Positions 56,689 through 64,000 of a DNA stretch of 64,000 nucleotides are shown piece by piece. This DNA comes from an uncultured Flavobacteriales bacterium (GTDB lineage: Bacteria > Bacteroidota > Bacteroidia > Flavobacteriales > BACL11). The DNA lies in NCBI GenBank assembly GCA_905181585.1, contig CAJIYG010000003.1, forward strand, positions 78,702-142,701, in the 5' to 3' direction. The stretch's first letter is position 1; each line of letters begins with the position of its first letter. The notes beneath the pieces were generated by a model, which saw only the letters and a list, made by a program, of their open reading frames with translations, was not told the origin of the DNA and ran no database searches. The position numbers were made by a program, and so were the translations under genes.

Positions 56689-59600
56689 TTAGTTTACTCT
56701 TGCCCACTTACCACTATCTACAAGTGTTTTTGCCTTTTTCCATTTTAGTTCTCTAGTCTCTTTGCCATTTGTGATCACGACTTTTTCATTTCTACTAGTC
56801 TTTTGTTCTACTCTAACTGGCTGAATTTTGTTAGGTTTTTGAGTATTTGAATTTTCTGACTTTATACTATTATCAGGCCTACTAGTCTGTAAATTTTGAT
56901 TATTAGAGGCTTTCTCTTCTTGTATGTTTTGTGTATTATTTGGAAGTCCAGCTTTTAGAAGAAAGGTCACAATTTCTTTATTGACTTTATAAATCAATTC
57001 TTTAAAAAGATTGAACGATTCAAATTTATAGATAAGAAGAGGGTCTTTTTGTTCATACACTGCATTTTGTACTGATTGTTTAAGATCATCCATTTCCCTT
57101 AGATGTTCTTTCCAAATATTATCAATAATAGCTAGAGTAACACTTTTTTCTATTGATTCTGCAATATTTGCACCCTGAGATTCAAAGGATTCTTTAAGGT
57201 TAGTTACAACTTGCAGTGTTTTTATTCCATCAGTAAATGGTATTACAATATTTTTATATGTGGCAGATTGTTTTTCAAAGACATCTTTAATTACCGGAAA
57301 TGTTTGCTGAGCTATAGATGAGGTTTTTACTTTATAATTATTGTAACATTTCTCAAATGTAATCTCTGCAAGCTCATTTTTATCAATTTCTAAAAATTCT
57401 GATTTATCTACAGGAGATTCTATTGTTAATGTTCTTAGCAGAGCTAATTTATAAGCTTCAAAATCCTTGTTTTCTTGATTTTCAAAAGAAATACTTTCAC
57501 ATGTGTCAAAAATACTATTTGAAATATCTAAAGAAATTCTATCTCCATAAAGCGCATGCCTTCTCTTCTTGTAAATCACTTCTCTTTGTTGATTCATTAC
57601 ATCATCATATTCAAGAAGTCTTTTACGAATACCAAAATTATTTTCTTCAACTTTTTTTTGTGCTCTTTCAATTGATTTACTAACCATTGAATGCTGAATA
57701 ACCTCTCCTTCCTCAAGTCCCATTCTGTCCATTAGTTTAGCTATTCTTTCAGAACCAAATAATCTCATTAAGTTATCTTCTAAAGAAACATAAAATTGTG
57801 ATGAACCAGGGTCTCCTTGTCTTCCTGCCCTACCTCTAAGCTGTCTATCAACCCTTCTTGAGTCATGTCTTTCCGTTCCTATAATTGCTAAACCACCATT
57901 CTCTTTAACTTTTTCAGAAAGCTTTATATCTGTTCCTCTACCTGCCATATTTGTTGCAATTGTTACAATACTTTCATTTCCAGCTTCAGCAACAATATCA
58001 GCCTCTCTTTGATGAAGTTTTGCATTTAAAACATTGTGTTTCACTCCTCTTTTACGCAAAATTGTGCTTAGTAGCTCTGATATTTCTACAGAAGTAGTTC
58101 CAACTAGTATTGGTCTTCCTCTTCTCGCTAATACTAATTATATCTTCAATGATTGCATTATATTTCTCTCTATTTGTCTTGTAAACTAGATCATTTTTAT
58201 CATCTCTTTGAATCTGGTCTATTAGTAGGGATTGAAACAACATCTAATTTGTAAATTTCCCAAAATTCTCCTGCTTCAGTTTCTGCAGTTCCAGTCATTC
58301 CAGATATTTTATTATACATCCTAAAATAATTCTGTAAAGTTACTGTTGCATAGGTTTGTGTAGCATCTTCAATTTTGACATTTTCTTTTGCTTCAATTGC
58401 TTGATGAAGACCATCAGAATATCTTCTTCCTTCCATTATTCTACCAGTCTGTTCATCCACAATTTTAACCTTATTATCCATTACAACATATTCAACATCA
58501 ATTTCAAATAAAGTATAAGCTTTTAATAATTGATTTACTGTATGGATTCTTTCACCTTTGATTGAAAAATCTCTAAGTAATATTTCTTTATCAATTGATT
58601 TTTCTTTTTCATTTTTACTCGAATTGTCAATATCTGCAATTTCTTGCCCAACATCTGGTAGAACAAAGAAGTCTTTGTCATCAATTGATGTGGTCATAAG
58701 GTTAAGTCCTTTTTCAGTTAATTCAATTGTGTTGGTTTTTTCATCTATTACAAAAAATAATTCTTCATCTACTAAGTGCATTTCCTTATTCTGATCTTGC
58801 ATGTAGAAGTTTTCTGTTTTCTGTAACTGTGCCCTAACCCATCTTCGCTTAAAAATTTAATAAGTGCTTTATTTTTTGGTAATCCTCTAAATGCTCTTAG
58901 TAGATTAAAACCTCCATTTTCCTTATCTCCTTCTTTAAGAAGTTTTTTAGCATCAGATAGAACTGTGGTAACATATTTCTTTTGTCCGATGCTAATTGAC
59001 TCACCTTATGTTTTAATTCATTGTATTCATGAACATCTCCTTTAGGAGTAGGTCCCGAGATAATTAAAGGTGTTCTAGCGTCATCAATAAGCACAGAATC
59101 AACTTCATCTACTATTGAATAATGTAATTTCCTTTGAACTAAGTCATCAGGTCTTTTAGCCATATTATCTCTAAGATAATCAAAGCCAAATTCATTATTT
59201 GTCCCATATGTTATATCTGCTAAGTAAGCTTTTCTTCTTTCATCAGAGTTTGGTTGATGATTGTCAATGCAATCAATGCTTAAACCATGAAATTGGAATA
59301 GGGGCCCCATCCATTCACAATCTCTTTTAGCCAAGTAATTATTAACGGTTACTAAATGTACTCCAAGTCCTGTTAATGCATTTAAAAACACAGGAAGTGT
59401 AGCAACTAATGTTTTTCCTTCTCCTGTTTGCATTTCAGCAATTTTCCCTTCATGTAAAACAATTCCACCAATTAATTGAACATCATAGTGAATCATATTC
59501 CACTGCATCTCATTTCCTGCTGCTTGCCATGAGTTTTTGTATGTAGCTATTTCATTATTAATACTAATAAAATCTTTTGATGCTGCTAATTCTCTGTCAA

Positions 59601-60009
59601 AATCATTAGCTGTAACTTCAATTGTTGCATTATTTGTAAATCTTTTTGCAGTTTCTTTCATAACTGCAAAAGCTTTAGGAAGAATTTCTTTTAGGACCTC
59701 TTCAATTTTTTCAATAACCTCTTTTTCAAGATTATCAATTTCAGAGTAATAATTTTCTTTTTGCTGAAATGATGTTTTAGAATTTTCAGCTTTTATTTTT
59801 AAATTTTCAATTTCTTCTCTCTCCCCTTTAATGTGAGAATTAATTTGATTTTTTAAAGATTGTGTTGTTTGTCTAAGTTCATCATTTGAGATAGATGAGA
59901 TTATTTTTTCTTCTAACTTGATTTTTTCAACAATTGGAGTAATAAGTTTTAAGTCCTTATTATACTTAGTTCCAAAAAATTTTTTTGCAAAATCAAATAT
60001 TCCTCCCAT
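56689..60009 (-). pseudogene. secA: preprotein translocase ATPase SecA, broken by four frameshifts (near 58980, 58839, 58215 and 58135)
   Basis: ORFs 58897-60009, 58200-58802, 58052-58243 and 56689-58059 together read as one SecA of about 1100 aa. Recognisable parts include ..[14 protein letters not shown].., ..[31 protein letters not shown].., ..[17 protein letters not shown].. and ..[12 protein letters not shown].. At each junction the conserved sequence continues in the neighbouring frame. Confidence 0.95.
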
Positions 60010-60085
60010 TACCTTTTTTTATGTAAACAAATTTAGTTTTTAAAGTAGAAATGCCAAAGTAAAAGAATGAAATATATAACTAGTT

Positions 60086-60313
60086 CTAGTATTCATCTTC
60101 ATTAAAGAAGAAGTCATCTTTTGTGGGATAATCTGGCCAAATATCCTCGATTGTTTCCCACTGCATTCCAAGCTCATCTTCAATGAGCTCTTGCAGATTC
60201 TCAACTACTTCCATTGGCGCTCCTGATCGAATAGCAAAATCAATCAATTCATCTTTTGTAGCAGGCCAAGGTGCGTCTTCTAACTTTGATGCTAATTCTA
60301 AAGTCCAGTACAT
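60086..60313 (-). CDS. DUF2795 domain protein
   Basis: 75 aa. The segment LEDAPWPATKDELIDFAIRSGAPMEVVENLQEL fits the DUF2795 pattern. Confidence 0.65.
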   Translation of the reverse strand: MYWTLELASKLEDAPWPATKDELIDFAIRSGAPMEVVENLQELIEDELGMQWETIEDIWPDYPTKDDFFFNEDEY

Positions 60314-60360
60314 GAGGTTTTTTTTGCAAAAATAAATTTTTTCCTCAATTATACAGTCTT

Positions 60361-60909
60361 TTAGAGATTTTTTTCCCAGATTATTTCTTTGTCACCATTA
60401 CTTACAATAATAAATCTTGATAGAACAAATAAGAAATCAGAAAGTCTATTTAGATATTTTAAATGAATGTCTTCTGATTTAGAAATATCAATGAGTTTAA
60501 TAAGTCTTCTCTCCGATCTTCTACAAACTGTTCTAGCAATATGAGTAAGTGAGGCTATTTTATTTCCTGAAGGAAGAATAAAATTTGTTAAAGCTGGAAG
60601 ATCTTTTTCCATTTTATCAATTTCTTCTTCAAGTAGCTTAATGTCTTTTTCTAAGATTAAAGGAAGAATAATATTTTTATTTTTTTTATCGAAGGCAATA
60701 TTACTTCCCATGTCAAATAATTTGTTTTGAATAATTTTAAGAGTTTTTTTGATTTCATTTGGTAGTTTATGATCATATATATGTCCTATATGTGCGTTCA
60801 ACTCATCTATAGACCCATAACATTCAATTCTCTCATTATCTTTTTCAACAATTGTTCCTCCTAATAATTGTGTTTTTCCTTTGTCTCCTTGCTTTGTATA
60901 AATTTTCAT
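60361..60909 (-). CDS. ATP:cob(I)alamin adenosyltransferase, PduO type
   Basis: 182 aa with MKIYTKQGDKGKTQLLGG.. and ..RTVCRRSERRL.., the PduO-type signature. Confidence 0.85.
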   Translation of the reverse strand: MKIYTKQGDKGKTQLLGGTIVEKDNERIECYGSIDELNAHIGHIYDHKLPNEIKKTLKIIQNKLFDMGSNIAFDKKNKNIILPLILEKDIKLLEEEIDKMEKDLPALTNFILPSGNKIASLTHIARTVCRRSERRLIKLIDISKSEDIHLKYLNRLSDFLFVLSRFIIVSNGDKEIIWEKNL

Positions 60910-60911
60910 AA

Positions 60912-61694
60912 TTAAAATCGTATTATATAATTTTCTTTGCTCAATTTTTTATCAATAAAAACTAAACCAACAAAAAATAGATCAATTGTAAGCTTAACCT
61001 TTGAAGACTCTTTTATCTTATCCCATGCCTTTTCCATATCATTTGACCAATGTATATCATCAAATATAAGAATTGCATTCTCATTTACATTTTCCATTAT
61101 TAGATTAAAATATTCAAGTGTTGCATGATAATTATGATTTCCATCTATAAATGCTAAATCAATGTCTTCAATTTTGGAAATGGTTCTATCTAAAGTATCT
61201 TTAAAATCGCCTTTTATAATTTTAATATTTTTTAACCCTAAATGAGAAAAGTTTTGTTGAGCAATTTTTATTGTTTCACTACATCCTTCAAGAGTGTAAA
61301 TTTTAGAATCCGGATTTGCTTTTGCTATATAAGATGTACTTATACCTAGAGAAGTTCCAATTTCAATGATTGTTTGTGGCTTAAAGTAACCAACTATTCT
61401 GTAAAGAAGCATTCCAAATTTAGAGTTTTTTGCAGAGTTTTTTGCGATATCTTTAATTCTACGTTGCTTTGAATTATTAATAGTACTCCCTTCTCCAAAA
61501 TCATTAATATTTACAATATTATTATTTTTATTAAGTTGTGATCTTAGCTCTGCAATGTCTTTTAAATCTTTTGTTTTTGAATTTAGTATAATCTTAGAAA
61601 CAATATTATAAAGAAAAGGAGAGTGAAGATTGTATTTTCCTTTTGATATTAAAAGATATTGTAGATACTTAAGTACTATTCTTATCAATTTCAT
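60912..61694 (-). CDS. class I SAM-dependent methyltransferase (O-methyltransferase family 3-like)
   Basis: 260 aa with IIEIGTSLGISTSY (motif I), ..DLAFIDGNH.. and ..ILIFDDI.. Confidence 0.65.
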   Translation of the reverse strand: MKLIRIVLKYLQYLLISKGKYNLHSPFLYNIVSKIILNSKTKDLKDIAELRSQLNKNNNIVNINDFGEGSTINNSKQRRIKDIAKNSAKNSKFGMLLYRIVGYFKPQTIIEIGTSLGISTSYIAKANPDSKIYTLEGCSETIKIAQQNFSHLGLKNIKIIKGDFKDTLDRTISKIEDIDLAFIDGNHNYHATLEYFNLIMENVNENAILIFDDIHWSNDMEKAWDKIKESSKVKLTIDLFFVGLVFIDKKLSKENYIIRF

Positions 61695-61700
61695 TTCTTA

Positions 61701-62033
61701 TTAAGTTGCACAATTAACACATCTTTTACTATTAGGCCTTATTATTAATCGACCATATGGAATTTCGATATTACAGCTAACACACATTCCGAAATTCTTA
61801 CTATTAATCTTTTTCTTTATTGTTGACAGATCAATTAATTTTCTCTTTGATTCTCTTAGCGCTGCCTCCACAACACTTTTATTATTTATTGCATCCATCC
61901 TGCTAATTCTTCCAATTGAATTTTCTGGAGCAATCGGTTTACATAATTCTGAGTAGGTCGAAATTTTATTTTGAGTTTTTTTAATCTCTTCGGATAGTAT
62001 AAATAAAAAATTTTCTTTTTTATTTTCTTCCAT
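61701..62033 (-). CDS. DksA/TraR family C4-type zinc-finger protein
   Basis: 110 aa with a coiled-coil N-part and a C-terminal CVSC-x17-CVNC zinc finger. Confidence 0.7.
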   Translation of the reverse strand: MEENKKENFLFILSEEIKKTQNKISTYSELCKPIAPENSIGRISRMDAINNKSVVEAALRESKRKLIDLSTIKKKINSKNFGMCVSCNIEIPYGRLIIRPNSKRCVNCAT

Positions 62034-62034
62034 T

Positions 62035-62367
62035 TTAAAGTTCCTCTCTTAATTTTACTAAAAAACTCCTAATTTCTTGCAAGTGATTTATTATTCTAAG
62101 GTTATCTGTTGTGTCTTCTTTATTTTCTCTAAGTTTCTTTTTTGCTCCTTCTATTGTAAAACCTCTTTCTTTTAGAAGATGATAGATGATTTTTAAATTT
62201 TCTAAATCTTTTTTTGTAAACAGTCTATTTCCCTTTTTATTTTTTTTTGGCTTTAGGATATCAAATTCTTTTTCCCAAAACCGTATTAAACTTACATTCA
62301 CATTAAATTCTTTTGCTACCTCACCAATTTTATAAAAAAGTTTTTGTGGATTAGTGTTTAAATTCAT
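62035..62367 (-). CDS. MerR family transcriptional regulator
   Basis: 110 aa. The segment YKIGEVAKEFNVNVSLIRFWEKEF...NRLFTKKDLENLKIIYHLLKERGFTIEGAKKKL is a MerR-type winged helix-turn-helix (wHTH). Confidence 0.85.
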   Translation of the reverse strand: MNLNTNPQKLFYKIGEVAKEFNVNVSLIRFWEKEFDILKPKKNKKGNRLFTKKDLENLKIIYHLLKERGFTIEGAKKKLRENKEDTTDNLRIINHLQEIRSFLVKLREEL

Positions 62368-63339
62368 TTAATCAAAGGATTGATTGTTTTGTGAACAAAT
62401 TTCTATCATTTTAGAATATTCATGAGTTGATAGATCATTATAATAAAAATTAACTGGATCTATTTTTTTACCATTTTTAATTACCTCATAGTGAAGGTGA
62501 GGAGCAACTGATGTGCCTGTGTTACCAACATATCCAATTACTTCACCTCTTTTAACTTTTTGTCCTTGTTTTACAATGGACTTAGACATGTGAGCATACA
62601 ATGTTTTATATCCATATCCATGATTTATTTCTACATAATTGCCATATCCTTTTTTACTTCTTCTCACTTTGTTAATTGTTCCATTACCTGTGGCATAAAT
62701 TTCTGTACCTGTTTTGGCTGAAAAATCCATACCAGCATGCATTTTCCTTGTTTTGTATATTGGGTGTATTCTGTAGCCGTATCCACTAGCCATTCTTTTA
62801 AGATCTTTATTTGAAACTGGCTGTATTGCAGGAATAGAAGCAAGCATTGATAACTTATCCTTAGTTAAGTCAATAATTTCATCAAAAGATTTAGACTGCA
62901 AGTAAAGTTGTTTTGTAATTTGATCAATTTTAGCGGATGTTTCAATCATGATTTTAGAATTGGAATACCCTTCTAATTCTTTATATCTATTTATTCCTCC
63001 AAAACCTTGTTTCCTTATTGAGGTTGGAATTGGATCAGCTTCAAAAATTGTTCTATAGATATTATCATCTCTTTTTTGAATATCATCTAGAACTAGTTCA
63101 ATTTTAGACATCTTATTATCAACAATTTCATATTGATTTACTAGATGATTAATCTCATTTATTAGTCTTTTTTCTTTTGGACTATCAAAAAACTGAAAAA
63201 AAGTTACAATCATTATTAAACCAATTATAGCACTTGAAAAAATAAAATAACTAAATCTTTTAGTTTTTTCTAGCTTACTAAGCTTAATTCGCTTATAGCT
63301 TAAGGTCTTTGTGTCGTAATAATATTTTATTTTAGCCAT
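62368..63339 (-). CDS. M23 family metallopeptidase
   Basis: 323 aa with an N-terminal TM helix, a coiled coil and then HAGMDF..., ..GNYVEINHG.. and ..GNTGTSVAPHLHYEV (the HxxxD / HxH motifs). Confidence 0.85.
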   Translation of the reverse strand: MAKIKYYYDTKTLSYKRIKLSKLEKTKRFSYFIFSSAIIGLIMIVTFFQFFDSPKEKRLINEINHLVNQYEIVDNKMSKIELVLDDIQKRDDNIYRTIFEADPIPTSIRKQGFGGINRYKELEGYSNSKIMIETSAKIDQITKQLYLQSKSFDEIIDLTKDKLSMLASIPAIQPVSNKDLKRMASGYGYRIHPIYKTRKMHAGMDFSAKTGTEIYATGNGTINKVRRSKKGYGNYVEINHGYGYKTLYAHMSKSIVKQGQKVKRGEVIGYVGNTGTSVAPHLHYEVIKNGKKIDPVNFYYNDLSTHEYSKMIEICSQNNQSFD

Positions 63340-63436
63340 AACTAATAATTAATACAAATTTAGTAATATTACAGTAGATAATCTATTTAAAGGATTTGAT
63401 TTACACTCTTTACTAATGAATGATTTATAAATTCTT

Positions 63437-64000
63437 ATGACATCTCAAGACATCAGGAAATTATTTTTAGATTTTTTTAAGAAGAAAAAACATACTATTG
63501 TTGATTCCTCATCTTTAATAATTAAAGATGACCCTACATTGATGTTTGTAAATGCTGGCATGAATCAGTTCAAAAATATTTTCTTAGGTGACACAAGACC
63601 ATCTGATTTAAGAGTTGTTAATTCACAAAAATGTTTAAGAGTTTCTGGAAAACATAATGACTTAGATGAAGTAGGACACGATACTTATCATCATACCTTA
63701 TTTGAGATGTTGGGAAGCTGGTCTTTTGGAGATTATTTTAAAAAGGATGCAATTGAGTTTTCATGGGAGTTCTTAGTTGATATTTGTAAATTAGATAAAG
63801 ATAGGATTTATGTTACTGTATTTGAAGGAGATAAATCTGATGGCCTAAGCAAGGATGAAGAAGCTTTTTCTTTTTGGAAAAAATTTCTTCCAGAACAAAA
63901 TATTATAGACGGTAATAAGCAAGATAATTTTTGGGAAATGGGAGAGATTGGTCCCTGCGGTCCATGTTCTGAAATACATTATGATAATAGAGAGAATAAG
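63437..64000 (+). CDS. alaS: alanine--tRNA ligase, N-terminal portion (3' end outside the window)
   Basis: [51 protein letters not shown]...[12 protein letters not shown] is the classic AlaRS N-terminus. The frame is still open at base 64000. Confidence 0.95.
   Translation, partial: MTSQDIRKLFLDFFKKKKHTIVDSSSLIIKDDPTLMFVNAGMNQFKNIFLGDTRPSDLRVVNSQKCLRVSGKHNDLDEVGHDTYHHTLFEMLGSWSFGDYFKKDAIEFSWEFLVDICKLDKDRIYVTVFEGDKSDGLSKDEEAFSFWKKFLPEQNIIDGNKQDNFWEMGEIGPCGPCSEIHYDNRENK

Noticed and set aside
234-61128. Numerous 60-116 aa ORFs lying antisense to or out of frame within the large conserved genes. These are 234-425, 1426-1710, 4362-4559, 4686-4886, 8074-8274, 8148-8357, 9662-9925, 9757-9987, 11502-11684, 13516-13713, 14233-14475, 14822-15067, 25109-25342, 27394-27675, 29986-30336, 44742-44933, 46818-47009, 48093-48281, 55160-55396, 57423-57683, 58558-58794, 59537-59749 and 60937-61128
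   Set aside because: Each is fully embedded in a longer ORF with clear homology-type motifs. Their translations are low-complexity (Ser/Leu/Ile/Phe-rich), as expected for shadow frames in AT-rich DNA.
1-64000. Stop-codon reassignment or programmed ribosomal frameshifting as an explanation for the interrupted genes
   Set aside because: TAA, TAG and TGA all terminate well-conserved full-length genes here, for example glmS with TAA, the 25513-26091 ORF with TAG and the type B cargo gene with TGA. The breaks are +1 or -1 indels at unrelated sequences rather than a shared slippery motif. No known programmed-frameshift gene (prfB, dnaX) is involved.

Overview
AT-rich chromosomal segment that looks like a free-living Bacteroidota (Flavobacteriia-type) genome. 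Support for this: type IX secretion (T9SS) sorting domains of both type A and type B, a PorP/SprF gene, a DUF4270 gene between panC and glmS, TAnnTTTG (-7) promoter boxes before genes and all tRNAs, and no obvious Shine-Dalgarno sequences. I count about 60 protein genes and 4 single tRNA genes (Leu-CAA, Cys-GCA, a CAU tRNA, Gln-UUG). Most of the content is housekeeping: hflX, rbfA, dusB, an exbB-exbD-exbD cluster, sodA, a tyrosine-catabolism cluster (FAH-family, hmgA, hppD), bcp, radA, panC, glmS, prs-rplY-pth, xth, rimP-nusA-infB, pabB-tilS, a dsbD-like gene, secA and alaS. Three things stand out. (1) About 17 single-base frame disruptions hit 11-12 genes, including the essential secA (4 breaks), nusA and prs. 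Where I could localise them, many sit in short homopolymers, and the conserved protein sequence continues in the shifted frame, so sequencing or assembly error is the most economical explanation. (2) A poorly conserved islet of about 5.3 kb lies immediately 3' of glmS. It holds a tightly packed operon of tiny membrane proteins, an ORF interrupted by two in-frame stops, a MazG-like gene, a cupredoxin and several orphans. (3) A T9SS-secreted surface protein of about 1266 aa has two nested repeat systems: 4 modules of about 170 aa, then 8 near-identical 147-bp units. It lies next to a DUF2723 (GT-C-like) glycosyltransferase, deacetylase and methyltransferase group. I found no CRISPR array, transposase, integrase, reverse transcriptase or recognisable defence system, and I cannot defend any claim of a complete new system. 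The items in the findings are candidates only.
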